IMG/VR virus record: IMGVR_UViG_3300045125_000169
Coordinates: 24,840 to 88,839 of that record
Strand: one strand, 5' to 3'
From: a virus
Length of the DNA: 64,000 nt
The notes below the pieces were generated by a model. The model was not told the DNA's origin. It saw only the letters and a list, made by a program, of their open reading frames with translations, and searched no databases. Shown here piece after piece: positions 8,331 to 19,573 of the stretch. Position 1 is the first letter of the stretch. Every line of letters begins with the position of its first letter. Made by a program: the position numbers and the translations under genes.

Positions 8331-11300
8331 ATTCGCTCAAGTCAAGACCCCTAAAGGAAACCTTGGCTTTTTCTTTGAATGCTTCCCACTCGGCAATTTT
8401 GAGCTTGGGATTCAGCGACTGAATTTTGCGCAGGAGATTGACCAGTTGTCCTCGGGTCACCTCACGCTGCCAACACGCAGGTTCGGCGATAAAGCCGTGG
8501 CCCTTGAGAACCCGCACCTCCATGTCCGATTCAATCAGGGTATCGACGTAGAGGACGGGAGCACCATCAAGTGTTGCGAAGTCAATCGCAACAGCACCTT
8601 TAACCGCAGACAGGACGGCTTTCTTGTCGCTTTTGGCTTTTTTGGTGACACCTTGCTGAACCCCAGGGGACGTAACGCGAATCCCACGCAGCGACTCCTC
8701 TAGTTCGTCCAGGTTGGTGATGTCCAAGTCCTGCTTGATCTTTTGAACCGCTTGGATCGCTGCCGTTTTATTGCGCGTTTGCAGATAGTAGTAGTCCCGC
8801 ATCAGGTTAAAACCAAAGCGTCTCAGGTAGCCCTGCGGGTCCACGGATCTAAAGCAGACCAAGTGCCAACCTTCGTTCCAGTTCTTAAGGTGGAAGATCA
8901 CCTTTTGCCCTGAGGGCAGAACAGGCTCAGGGGGTAGGTCGCTCAGTTCTTTCTCAACCATTTCCTCTTTGTCGCGCAGACGACCCGAGAAAATCCCAGC
9001 ACCTGGGACATGGGCCAAGATACGAGCGTCCTTGAAGACGGTATCGATACTTTCATAGCCGCGCAACTTGAGCAGCTTCTTACCGAAAAAGGCCGCTTCC
9101 TGATCGGCTTTTGCAGCAATCTGATCGTCGATCGCTTGGCGACGGTCTAGGTAGGAGAAAGCTGCTCGTCCTTGCGGAAGTCGGTCATGTTGCTGAGACT
9201 CATGGCCACAGGTTGCAACATGATCGTGTCTTCAAAATCGCTGTTAGCCTTGGCAATCAAATGCTCGGCAGAGGCAATCCTGGCCATCTTGAGCATTTCG
9301 GCAGTCCCCGACGCGAGCACTTGATGGACGTAGACATCACGCTTTTGCCCGATCCGCACGGCACGTCCTTCCCGCTGCGTCATATCTCCACTCATCCATG
9401 TAAGGTCACCGTGGATGATGCAGTTGGCAGACTGAAGGTTGTGGCCAGTCCTTAGGGTCTTATCCACGGCCACGAGGATTTGCACACCCTTATCGTTCGG
9501 GTCTTTGAAACGAGCTAGGGCATCAATCTTGCCACCCTCATAGTAGGCCGCGATCTCCTGCAAGTGCTCAGGGAAGTTTTCCAGGATGTTTTTTGCGCCA
9601 TCCTTAAACTGGACTAGAACCAAAACTTTGCCTGCGTCCGCTTTGGTCAAATGGTCTTGGGCGATCTCCGCAATCCTTTTAGCCTTGGGGCTCACCGCAT
9701 CATGAGTCTCTTTCAACAAAGCGTTGACCCAATCCTTCGAGGCCGAAGGAGAGTTGAGAAAGACATCGAGCGGCACAAAGCGGGCCAGGAGAGAGCCCAT
9801 GCCCTGAAGCTCTTCCTCATCGGAGTCCGCCTGAAACTTAGCAAGCAGCTTACCGAGTTTCGGATCGTTTTGAATTTCATCGAGGATGTTGCGCAGAATG
9901 GCATCGTAGGCTTTCTGCTGGTTTGGGCTCAGTTTGACGTAATGATATTTGCGGTGGACTTTTGGAAGAAGATGAGCCCAGGCTGATTTGCGCAACGAGC
10001 GCATCCCAAAGGACCGGAGAAGATCACGGATTTCTTTTGGAGCGTCCTCACGGTAGGCCGAGGGTGTCCCGTTGAGCGTAAAGCGGTTGAGAAATTCCTC
10101 CTGCATCCCGAAGACACCGGAATGGATCACGTCCATCGGCCCCATGACGTCGGCTGGGTTCCCTGGCATAATCGTTCCCGTCAACCCACGGACGACAGGG
10201 AGCTTGCCCAGGGCACTGGCCGCTGCACTTTGGTTGGACGTATTTTTCAGCGCGTGAACCTCGTCCATCCACACACCGTCGAGACTAAGCGTTGACATCA
10301 AAAGCTCAGGTCGGGTGAAGACCTTGATGGTCTTATAGTGGTCTTGAGCTTTCGAGAAGTCTCCCGTGGCCATTTCCTGGTAGTCGCGGGCAAGCCAATT
10401 ATACGACGTGAGAAATACGGTATTTTTCGGGGTCGCGGCAGCGTCTTTTAAAAAGGTTTCTAATTCACCGTCCTGCCAATTCCCGACCGACTTCGTGCTG
10501 ATAATCCAAGGATTCAGTTCTGAGAAAAGCCTGACTTCGGCAGCAAACTGCCCAAGCAAAGACTCGGGCATCACGACGATTGGTCGTTTGACCCGACCCT
10601 TTTTCATGTTTCTTAGGATGTCGCAGATAATAATCAGGGTCTTCCCGGCTCCTGGGTCGGCATCGATCAACATACGCTCACGCTCTTCGAGCGAGCCGAG
10701 CAGCATGGATTGGTGCGGGAAAAGCTCAACACTGGGTTTCAGTCCAGGCAGATCCCCTGCCCCGAGCGGCCCTTTGGCTGGTGTGAGCTTTTTTGAGCAG
10801 CTTGGCGGTCGAGGACTCTTTTCTCCACCTCTTTTTTTCTGCAAGCAGGCTTGGAGCTAGGACCGCAGTGATCGGAACCCCTCCCAGTTCAGGGGTCACT
10901 TCCATGCGGAAGACGAAGGATTGCTGGGCATACTCCTCGCGGTCTTGGTCAAGACGCTCAGGAAATTCCTCGTACTGCTCCACCATCTTTAGCAGGCGTT
11001 TTTTATCGTCGTCGTCCAGAGGTCGCATCCCTGGAAAATGCTCAGTCTGCCACTGGCCGCTAGACCCAATAAAGGACACCAGACCATCGGCTGTCACGTC
11101 ATAGATATCGCCCTTGTGAGCATCGAGTAAGGTGTGCGTTTCTTGGATTGCGGCATTTATCTTTTGAGCCTTTTCAGGCAGATTGTTCTTATGTGCTTCA
11201 AAGAGCTTTTCATAAAGGCTCTTTTGCTTGGCGGCTGTTTCCTTCAAGACTTTGGCAAACGGGCTCAGTTCAGGATAAAGGTAGACCCCGTGGTCAACCC

Positions 11301-11834
11301 CTTGACCTTCGAGGGGTCGAAGGTGCCCTTACCAAACACCGTGCTCTCGTGCGGCATGAGATACGGGAGTCGCGGGTCGATGGCCCTGTAGACTACCCCT
11401 TTGACTACGGCTAGAGGTCGATCATAGGCATCGGTCATGAGTTTGACCGAACCGATCTCAAGATAGGTCGGTGAGAGACGGGTTCCACGGAGCTTGAGGG
11501 TTTCAGCTTGCAGCTTATAAAAACGCTCGTCCCTTTTACATCGTCTTGATCGACTTCATGGTTCATCAGTCGAAAGGCGAACTGCGCTTCTTCGACAAAA
11601 TCGGCCTGATGCTGAAGACCTGTCATGGGCTCGTCTTTGAAGATCCCCGCTGCGGAAGAAAAAGACCCTTGGCCATCGATATAAAAGTAGAGCCTCTTCC
11701 CCTCTTTAAGGGCTTTGAGATCCTTTTGGCTTTCTCGGTTCCAGGGACTCACAACAAAGAGGGTGTTCGATACTTTAAGGTGATCGAGGCTAGGGCTTTC
11801 GTCAGCCGCAGGCTTTTGCCAGAATCAAGCGCAT
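8311..11834 (-). CDS. large SNF2-family helicase (~1170 aa, split into 5-6 ORFs by indels)
   Basis: 9147..10844 has DPGAGKT, DEVH, LTGT, GHNLQ and QREGRAVRIGQ; flanking ORFs 11435, 11148, 10726 and 8311 chain by frameshifts from MRLILA at 11834. Confidence 0.8.
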
Positions 11835-11851
11835 GATATTTGTCCTCTTTG

Positions 11852-12322
11852 TTAGGCATCTTCTTCGGGGGCAAGGTAGGCACTCCACAAATCCATTTGG
11901 GGAAGACCTTTTTCTTGCACGAAAGAAATTAAAACCTTCGCTGTTGGTGCTCTTAGATATGGAGGCGTATAGGATTCAAAATAAGTCTGATCGAACAAAA
12001 AGGTCCAAAAGGTTTTACTTTGTTCGAGTTCTTCGAGGGTGGGCACGTCCTTCACCAGATAGCGGTGTTCCTCGTCCTCGATCAGGCTCAAGGCCGCAGA
12101 GGCCGTGAGCGGCACTCCGCTCTTTTGCATGTCTTGTAAGCCGACCACGAGACTGTCCACGTCAGCATCCGACATGCAGTGAAAAATATAGTGGTCCAAA
12201 ACCTTCCAAAGCTCTTCTTTCGATAATGGCTTAAGAGCTTCGCAGAGTTTTTTATAGGCCGCTGCCGAGATGTTTCCAGTGACCTGAATCTTCGGGGAAT
12301 CGTCTAATCCGAAAAATCGCAT
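11852..12322 (-). CDS. hypothetical protein
   Basis: 156-aa ORF preceded by a GAGG RBS. Confidence 0.7.
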   Translation of the reverse strand: MRFFGLDDSPKIQVTGNISAAAYKKLCEALKPLSKEELWKVLDHYIFHCMSDADVDSLVVGLQDMQKSGVPLTASAALSLIEDEEHRYLVKDVPTLEELEQSKTFWTFLFDQTYFESYTPPYLRAPTAKVLISFVQEKGLPQMDLWSAYLAPEEDA

Positions 12323-12392
12323 AGGGGTGCCTCGTTAGTTTGACAACTTAATCTTGAAGTTAAGTTATCGAGGCACTTTTGGAAGTTTTGCG

Positions 12393-12611
12393 TTAGTGGA
12401 GCTTGGTAGAGTTTTTCTGATCTTGCTTATAGGCGATGAGTCGAAGTTTCTTTTCGGCTCTTGGTTCTCCGCGCATCACTCTCTGAAGAAGCCTGGGAAC
12501 TTCCGCCCCGAGAGGTCCGAGGATCTCGAAAATTTGGCCGATCACTTCTGGTTTTCGAGAAGTTTGCAAAAGATGAATCACAGAGGACATTATTCCAGAC
12601 CAAGACCGCAC
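12393..12611 (-). CDS. hypothetical protein
   Basis: Short ORF in the operon direction. Confidence 0.45.
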   Translation of the reverse strand: MRSWSGIMSSVIHLLQTSRKPEVIGQIFEILGPLGAEVPRLLQRVMRGEPRAEKKLRLIAYKQDQKNSTKLH

Positions 12612-12644
12612 AACTCTTCCCTTTTTTGATGAGCCGGGAAGGTA

Positions 12645-13634
12645 TCATGGATTTGTGGCAGATCTCAAGTACCATTCGACGGTCTTTTTAAGACCTGTTT
12701 CGAGAGTCTCTTGAGGCGTCCACCCAAGCTCCTTTTTGATCTTGGTCGCATCGATCGCGTACCGAAAGTCATGGCCTGGACGATCTGTGACGAAGGTGAT
12801 TTGCTCTTTATAGGAGGTCGCTTTGGGTTTGAGACAATCCAAAGTGTCGCAAAGAGTTTCCACCAACTCTAAGTTGCGACGTTCATTGTGACCACCGATA
12901 TTATAGCTTTCTCCAAGTCGGCCTTTTTCAAGGACCAGAACCAAAGCCCGCACATGGTCCTCGACATAAAGCCAGTCGCGGATATTATCGCCCTTTCCAT
13001 ACACGGGGATTGGCTCACCGCTCAGGGCTTTATGGATAACGTGCGGTATAAGTTTTTCCCTATTTTGATAGGGTCCATAGTTATTCGAGCAGTTGGTGAT
13101 GATGCCAGGAAACCCGTAAGTATGAAACCAAGCTCGTACCATAAAGTCTGAGGCCGCTTTGCTTGCCGAGTAGGGCGAGTTGGGAGCGTAAGGTGTCGTC
13201 TCGGTAAAGTAACCAGAATCCCCGAGAGTCCCGTACACTTCATCGGTTGAGACGTGGAGAAAGCGAAAATTCTTTTTGTCTGCTTTCTTGAGGTAGGCTC
13301 TCGTCTCTTCCAACAGAGTCGTCGTTCCTACGACGTTGTTTTTCACAAAGAGCGCAGGACCAGAGATCGAGCGATCAACATGCGACTCTGCCGCGAGGTG
13401 CATGATGGCGTCAGGCTCTTCGGCCTCTAGCAAATCTCTCAAGCCAATACGGTTACAGATATCGAGGATTTTGAGACTGTGCCGAGACGCGGGCAAACCT
13501 TCGAGCCCATCGAGATTTGCAGCATAGGTGAGCTTATCGACGTTGATGACATTGTAGTCAGTAGACTGAACTAAGTAACGCACCAGTGCCGAGCCGATAA
13601 ATCCCGCACCACCTGTCACCAGTATCTTTTGCAT
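12645..13634 (-). CDS. rfbB: dTDP-glucose 4,6-dehydratase
   Basis: [61 protein letters not shown]; GGGAG RBS before ATG 13634. Confidence 0.95.
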   Translation of the reverse strand: MQKILVTGGAGFIGSALVRYLVQSTDYNVINVDKLTYAANLDGLEGLPASRHSLKILDICNRIGLRDLLEAEEPDAIMHLAAESHVDRSISGPALFVKNNVVGTTTLLEETRAYLKKADKKNFRFLHVSTDEVYGTLGDSGYFTETTPYAPNSPYSASKAASDFMVRAWFHTYGFPGIITNCSNNYGPYQNREKLIPHVIHKALSGEPIPVYGKGDNIRDWLYVEDHVRALVLVLEKGRLGESYNIGGHNERRNLELVETLCDTLDCLKPKATSYKEQITFVTDRPGHDFRYAIDATKIKKELGWTPQETLETGLKKTVEWYLRSATNP

Positions 13635-14126
13635 CTTAAACTCCCACCAACCTACAAAAATAATCGAGGTCTGATTCTTCTTTTCTAGTGAATCTAGCAC
13701 GGAAATAACTTCACATTGGAAAAGAATCGCGGCTTGTGCTGAGTTGACATTGCTCACTTGAAAATAAGACTCCTCTCGACTGTCCCCATCACCCATAGAA
13801 TCATAGATCTCTGCGTCGAGGTATCTTTGTAGGCAGCTTAAAGTCCATCCATCGTGACGATAAAAGCGTATTTTATAATTTGCACAACGAACAAACTTTT
13901 TACCCATGACAATTCTACGATATATTGTGATGTTTTCATCGATGCTATTGAGTTCTGAATCGATCTCTTCTACTCTTTTCTTTAAAGATTTTCTCCATAA
14001 GAAAAAGGGCGATCTACGAGAGTAGACCTCTCTTAGGATGATTGCCCGGTCAAAAAGGTTTTTTAAAAGTTCATCTTGGGCTTTGGTGACGCTGCGCTCA
14101 TAAGAAGGAATGGCTCGATCTAACAT
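13635..14126 (-). CDS. hypothetical protein(s) upstream of rfbB
   Basis: In-frame with rfbB in the track, but one extra T would place a TAA just before the rfbB ATG. Confidence 0.5.
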
Positions 14127-14149
14127 CTTGCTCCCCCAAAAGGTGAAGA

Positions 14150-14407
14150 ATGATCTATTTCATTCAAGAAATTGAGCCACCCTATCGCATCAAAATAGGA
14201 TACAGCGCCAACCCAAAGAAAAGAATTGCGACCCTTGCAGCGACCTTACCTCAAAGCATCAACATCCTAATCGTCATCGAGGGGACCAAAGAGGATGAGT
14301 ATTGGTTGCATGAGCGTTGGAAAGAGTTCCGTGTTGAGGGAAAGAGAGAGTGGTACTACCCCTATCCCGAGCTATTAGAAGAAATTGATAACAAAAAAGA
14401 ATCCTAG
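14150..14407 (+). CDS. GIY-YIG (T5orf172/MUG113-like) endonuclease
   Basis: MIYFIQ...IKIGYS..P..RI..L...E..LH..W...R..G..EWY pattern. Confidence 0.8.
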   Translation: MIYFIQEIEPPYRIKIGYSANPKKRIATLAATLPQSINILIVIEGTKEDEYWLHERWKEFRVEGKREWYYPYPELLEEIDNKKES

Positions 14408-15332
14408 AAATCTGCGTTTAAGCTCAATTCCGCATTGTCTGAGTGACTGTACTCAGAAACCTTACGCTCAAAGAAGTTCACCTTGGTTTCCATATCGTTC
14501 ATGCGCATAAAATCAAATGGATTTCTCTGCGCCGTAGATAGGGTCAAACCCGAACTTCTTGGTCACAAGGTCTGCAACGAACTCAATGTATTGGCACATC
14601 AGACCTGAGTTCATACCGATCAAGTTGACAGGGAGAGCATCGCAGACAAACTCTTTTTCAATCGCCACGGCTTCCATCATGATCTGATAGAAGTCAGCCT
14701 TGGAAATCTTAAGGCCCAACGTGTGATAGAGCATCACCGCAAACTCCCAGTGCATACCCTCATCCCGCGAGATCCAGTTGTTGGCCGTTGCGAGTCCTGG
14801 AAGGATTCCTCGCTTACGGAACCAAAAGATCGCACAGAAGGAACCACTGAAAAACACGCCTTCAACGATTGCAAACGCAACCAGTCTTTTGACAAAATCC
14901 GCTTGCGAATCCACCCAACACAAAGCCCACTCTGCTTTGCGCTTAACCGCAGGGACATTTTCTATGGCGTTGAAGAGTCGATCTTTTTCTTCGGGATCTT
15001 TGACATAGGTGTCAATTAAAAGAGCATACGTCCAGGCGTGGACCGCTTCCCTTGGATTTGATCGGGTAGAAGGCTCGTGCCTCTGGGATTTCAACCTCTT
15101 TATAAAACCGCACGGCAAGGTTTTCGTTCACAATCCCATCAGACTGAGCAAAGAACGCCAGGACGTGGGTGATATAATGGATCTCGCCTGGAGAAAGGGT
15201 CTTGAGATGAGCTAAGTCCTGGGAGAAGTCGATATCCTTAATGGTCCAAAACATCTTGTGGTGGGTCTCGAAGGCTTCCCAGAGTCCATGGTATTTGACA
15301 GGGAACAGTGAGTATTTGTTGTTACTCGACAT
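14404..15332 (-). CDS. nrdB: ribonucleotide reductase class Ia small subunit (two indels)
   Basis: SLFPVKY..W, FFAQSDGIVNENL, EAVH..TY, EGVFFSGSF, ISRDEGMH, C-terminal VNFFERKVSEY. Confidence 0.95.
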
Positions 15333-15470
15333 AAAGGAAGACCCTCTCCAAGACAGTCCACCAGGGAGCGAAGCCCCGAGTGGTTGAATTTTTTGGATTG
15401 TAGCTACCCTTACCGTGGCACCGAGGCACTCTTCTGTCAAGACGCAAGGAAAGTGCAACAGGCTGTTGCA

Positions 15471-15683
15471 CTAAGTCAGGTTCTTTGCGGCTCTTAAGAT
15501 GTCTTTCAACTCTTTGTCTGCACCTTGCAGCGATTGCGTGACCTTTTTAAGACGTTCGGCAAGGCTATGAAACCCGCATTCGTCTAAAGTGCTCGCAAGG
15601 CTTCGACACAGAATCACTGTGTCCGAAAGCCTCTCCGATTGGATCAAATCGATCTGCTCTTCGATCTGATCTTGGAGTTCCAA
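15471..15683 (-). CDS. hypothetical coiled-coil protein
   Basis: 70-aa ORF. Confidence 0.5.
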   Translation of the reverse strand: MELQDQIEEQIDLIQSERLSDTVILCRSLASTLDECGFHSLAERLKKVTQSLQGADKELKDILRAAKNLT

Positions 15684-15802
15684 GTTGCCGCTGATGCGGG
15701 CTTCAATTTTTTCAAAAATTCAAGGCTCCCCACCTTCGATTTTTGCTTGATTCGTTTTCAGAAGATTGTACACTAGAATCTAATCAATCCAAAAAGCGAT
15801 AA

Positions 15803-15880
15803 TGGCGAGTAGCAATTAGGGTAATTGCACCTGACTGTTAATCAGGATGGAAGCTGGTTCGATCCCAGCCTCGCCAGCCA
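15803..15880 (+). tRNA. trnN: tRNA-Asn (GTT) with encoded CCA
   Basis: Acceptor TGGCGAG/CTCGCCA, anticodon arm CCTGA-CTGTTAA-TCAGG, T arm GCTGG-TTCGATC-CCAGC, discriminator G, CCA. Confidence 0.93.
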
Positions 15881-16048
15881 ACCTTCATATCAAAAAAACC
15901 CAGTCATTCCAGCAAGTTAAAGAATAAAAGATAAAAGGGTGGCCTAGTTGAGTGGACCTAAGTTATAAGACATTGATTTCATTAACGTATAAATTTTAGA
16001 AAAATTTGAATATCGGACAATTTTTGTCTGATACCAAGCCGTTAAAGT

Positions 16049-17053
16049 ATGTGTCAAAAACAGGAGACACATACTATGTTTATCCCACCTTTCTGCCCGA
16101 ACACGGATTGCGTCAACAACATTACTCCCGAAGGTAAATGGTACAAACGCAAAGGGTACTACCACCCGAAAACCAGTGAGACAAAAATCCCTCGGGCACA
16201 ATGCTACCTCTGCAATCTCAAGTTTTCAGAGGCTACTTTCAAGGACACCTACCGTCAGAAAAGCCGCATTTAAACGCTGAAATTTACCTTTGGTATACAT
16301 CAAGCGTAAGCCTTCGCAGACTAGCTAAAAATCTCAAGACCACTAGAATCACTGCGACTACAAAGTTTCGATTGCTCGCGGACAAAGCACGAGCCATTCA
16401 TGCCGTTGAAGTGGTCCAAGGCAACCTCAACACCGATGAGGTTCAATTCGACGAGCAAGAGTCCTTTGTGAAAACCAACAACCTACCTGTCTCAATCGCT
16501 ATCGCTGTAGATGGCCGTAAAATCCCGCGAAAAAACGGTGGCGGCAAGATCATTGATATCAAGGTCGGCACCATGCCCGCTCGCGGGCGCAACGCCAAGA
16601 AAAGCCAAGCTCAGTACGGTTTTCAAGAAGACGAGCGTCCCTATATTTGCAGAACCGTCCTCAACAATGTGCGTATTGCTACCATGGGTGGTGACATCAC
16701 GATAACGACGGATGCGAAGCCCGCCTACACAACCTATGTGCGAGATATGCTCCCGCTCGCAACCCACCAAATTCAATCGCAGTGCGGCAATGAAAGACGA
16801 CAGCTACAACCGTAAAGAGGACGATCCTCTCTGGTATATCAATCAGGCTTGCGCTGCCAATCGGCACGATATCAGTCGCATGAGACGTAAAACCTGTGTG
16901 ACTACGAAGCTCGTGTATGAATTGCAAAGGCATCTCTGGCTTTACGTTGCTCACCGCAACGGCTACGAGCGGGATCTTTTCGATCCATTCTTTGCGGTAA
17001 CTACACTGAGAGAGGCACGAGAAAGATTTTCTAGGGATGTTGCAAGACCCTAA
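16049..17053 (+). CDS. IS1-like DDE transposase (Zn-ribbon, HTH, DDE; two indels)
   Basis: PPFCPNTDC...CYLC zinc ribbon, SLRRLAKNL HTH, VQFDEQES, ITTDAKPAY, RMRRKTCVTTK. Confidence 0.8.
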
Positions 17054-17624
17054 AACAAATCTTCAGTGCTGTAAACAAACACCCTTTTTTTATAGTCGGC
17101 CTGAGAACCCCAAAAACATCAGCGGAGTTTACGACTAAAGATGGATCATTTAACTGAAAAAACTTGTTATTTTCATCTTTAACGTACACATGAATGTTTG
17201 CAGATAGAGCATGTTTAATCTGATTTTTTGAAACCTTTCTCCGTCTGGAGAATGTTCGGATGCGGAGACTACAACTTTGTAAGTAGGTAGCAGATATTTG
17301 AAAAGACAAAAGGCAGCAAGGGGCATCTGGTCTATTCTTATCGAGCGATAATCCTTATCACACCAAATATAACGAGACTCGACTCCAGGTGTCCTCACGA
17401 CCATAACCGATTGCCAAACATAGAAAAATTTAATTGGAAAATTGATATCTTCAGTTAAGAAAGCAAAGAAATTCTGACATAAGAGTAGTTTTCCTTCTGG
17501 TATTTCTTTTAGAACTTGATGCTCACTGTCAGTGATATCCTGTGCGGCTTGCTTATTTAATTCTGAATTTTCTTCAATTTTAGTGCGAGAAAAAGTTCAC
17601 CCGAAAGGGAGAACTTACAACCAT
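17031..17624 (-). CDS. IS passenger protein, unknown function
   Basis: The frame of 17150..17404 stays open upstream (EENSELNKQAAQ...) to a T-run next to ATG 17624, and continues into 17031..17309. Confidence 0.55.
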
Positions 17625-18003
17625 TTTAGCCTCTAATTTTTCAAGAAAACTCATTAAATTTACCTCAAATCTAATTAAAGTAACCTAAAAAGAAATTTAT
17701 GTCAATATAGACAGAAATAGTCAAGGTTTGAGCCTGGTTACCAGATCCAATCAACTAGGCTCCTTGTCAGAGTTTCAGTGCGCACGGAGATCGCGCAAGA
17801 ATATTTCGACCTTTCAGCAAAAGAATCAAAGAACAGTTGCAGAAAGCTGATGAGGCTCTTGACTGGTGTACTTATGACCAAAAATAGCCATATCACTCGT
17901 AATGCTAGGTCCATTCAACTAGGCCACCCTTCTTTGGTATTCATAGGCCAGTGACTTGCTGCCGCATGTAGCTCCCTCGCTTGGGAGTTTCGATATCCTA
18001 ATC

Positions 18004-18032
18004 TTGACAAACACAAAATTTTGGTGTATAAA
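18004..18032 (+). promoter_or_regulatory. sigma70-type promoter
   Basis: TTGACA-17 nt-TATAAA upstream of the plus-strand gene at 18131/18182. Confidence 0.75.
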
Positions 18033-18130
18033 GCGCCCAGGTTCAGGGTTCCCTGCGTGTCGCGGCCTTATAGGCTATCGTAAAAACCTCAATCAAATCT
18101 TGCCATTAAATGTAGTCATCACTTACTTTT

Positions 18131-18667
18131 TTGGTCCTGGACAAAGCGACAAATCTAGTCAACAAAAAGGAAGGTGTTGCTATGTCCTCTGACCCCAAGT
18201 CTCTCGCTAAGAAAACCCAAGAAACCCTAAAAGATCTAGGCTACATCGTTCCTTTGGGACACGCCTATGAGTTGCTTGCTCGCCTTGCAGGCCACAAGTC
18301 GTGGAATGTTGCGAGTACAGATCCAAACTTTGTCCCTCGGGTAGAACAAAGTTTCAAAACAGTCGAACCCGTAAAAACAGACTCCGAGGAAGATGGAAAG
18401 AAAGTCTTCAGGGTTTGTCTTACTTCGGATGCTGTAGTTGAAAAAGCGTACTTCATTCATGCGAAGGATGAAACAGAAGCCCGCAAAATTATGAGTCAGT
18501 ACGCCAACGCTCAAGGCAATGATGTAGATGAGTCTAAACTTCACGAAGAAGTAAAAAAGCTCTTTGAACTAGAGGACTATCAAGCCTTCAAATACGACAA
18601 CTGGCGTATTCACGATTCAATCTACTCTCCAGATATAGAGGATGTTCTTGAAATAAAAGAGTATTGA
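18131..18667 (+). CDS. protein with 'glyoxalase superfamily' (Glyoxalase_8-like) helical N-domain
   Basis: KSLAKKTQETLKDLGYIVPLGHAYELLARLAGHKSWN; likely start ATG 18182 after an AGGAAGG RBS. Confidence 0.6.
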   Translation: MVLDKATNLVNKKEGVAMSSDPKSLAKKTQETLKDLGYIVPLGHAYELLARLAGHKSWNVASTDPNFVPRVEQSFKTVEPVKTDSEEDGKKVFRVCLTSDAVVEKAYFIHAKDETEARKIMSQYANAQGNDVDESKLHEEVKKLFELEDYQAFKYDNWRIHDSIYSPDIEDVLEIKEY

Positions 18668-18681
18668 AGGCACAAAAGAAC

Positions 18682-18706
18682 GAAAGCTCCCACCTCGGGA
18701 GCTTTC
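18682..18706. terminator. bidirectional intrinsic terminator
   Basis: gaaagctccc-acctc-gggagctttc between convergent genes. Confidence 0.85.
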
Positions 18707-18735
18707 TTCTTGTTAGAAAAAATGTGTACTTTTTC

Positions 18736-19167
18736 TTACAAGTTGAACTGGTGGGCGGGTACAGGGCTAAGGACAGCTTCGACAAATTTCAGTGTGGCTG
18801 CTTGCAACTTTTTAGGGTCGGGTTCGACAACAGGAAGGTTTTCTTTGAGAGCAACTTGAGCCGCAATTTCTTTTTGCTCACTAGCACCCCCCAGAGGTTC
18901 CTCCCAAAGAGCTTTCCATAGCATCGCCTTGGTGTAGTTTTTCGAGCCTTTCTTTCCTTTGTGATGCAGACGCAGATCTCCGTTCCAGGCTCGCAACTCT
19001 TGAAGCCAGTGGCTCCATGCTTCGGAGTTTTCGTAATGCACTACGAGAAAAAGATGCTTTGCAATCGAGATCTGAAGGCCCTCTAGCTTTTGAATGGCTT
19101 TCTTGCGGTTGAAAGCCATGGCGAGCATTTCAAAATACTTGGCTTGAATTGTTGTAAGAAAGCTCAT
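18736..19167 (-). CDS. DUF29-like helical protein, paralogue 1
   Basis: MSFLTTIQAKYFEMLA-MAFNRKKAI...IAKHLFLVVHY...HWLQEL. Confidence 0.55.
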   Translation of the reverse strand: MSFLTTIQAKYFEMLAMAFNRKKAIQKLEGLQISIAKHLFLVVHYENSEAWSHWLQELRAWNGDLRLHHKGKKGSKNYTKAMLWKALWEEPLGGASEQKEIAAQVALKENLPVVEPDPKKLQAATLKFVEAVLSPVPAHQFNL

Positions 19168-19304
19168 CCTAATCCGCTCCAACGGGTTCTCCATCAGTGT
19201 ATCGGAATTTTTCCTCGGATCTTTAGCTTTTAATTTATAAATAAAAACAGAGGCTTAGAACTACCCCTTGTCAATCACCTTCCCCTCTAGGTGGGTGGCT
19301 TTGG

Positions 19305-19520
19305 TCAATTTGTGACGACCAGAAAGAGCGGATAGAAAAGCACAAAACCCACCAAACCGAGCATCCCTATAAGGGTAAGAGCACCGATCAATAGGCCAGG
19401 GTAGTGCCACCATCTGAGGTCGGTGTGTCCCAAGGACTCGACGCAAAAGATGGTGTACACGGCAAAGACTACGACCACACAAAAAAGAAGCCTGCCAAAG
19501 GGAAGGCATGTGTTCACCAC
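19305..19520 (-). CDS. small two-TM membrane protein
   Basis: Two hydrophobic segments. Confidence 0.5.
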   Translation of the reverse strand: MVNTCLPFGRLLFCVVVVFAVYTIFCVESLGHTDLRWWHYPGLLIGALTLIGMLGLVGFVLFYPLFLVVTN

Positions 19521-19573
19521 TAAATGAACAGTCCTCGCCGCAATCCTCTCCCTTTAGGGAGGTCAAGGCGAGC

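Larger units (their letters stand above)
15937..17929 (+). mobile_element. IS1-family-like insertion sequence with passenger gene
   Basis: 24-bp terminal inverted repeats gggtggcctagttgagtggaccta / taggtccattcaactaggccaccc (23/24 match) enclose a transposase and a cargo ORF; no TSD seen. Confidence 0.8.

Noticed and set aside
12645-14126. Novel N-terminal fusion to RfbB
   Set aside because: An RBS precedes the internal MQKILVTGG, and one extra T in the upstream run creates TAA immediately before that ATG.
16250-16275. IS1-type programmed -1 frameshift between insA and insB
   Set aside because: The site is only A4 (no A6C slippery motif); one more A gives a continuous YRQKKPHLN reading, consistent with the general error pattern.
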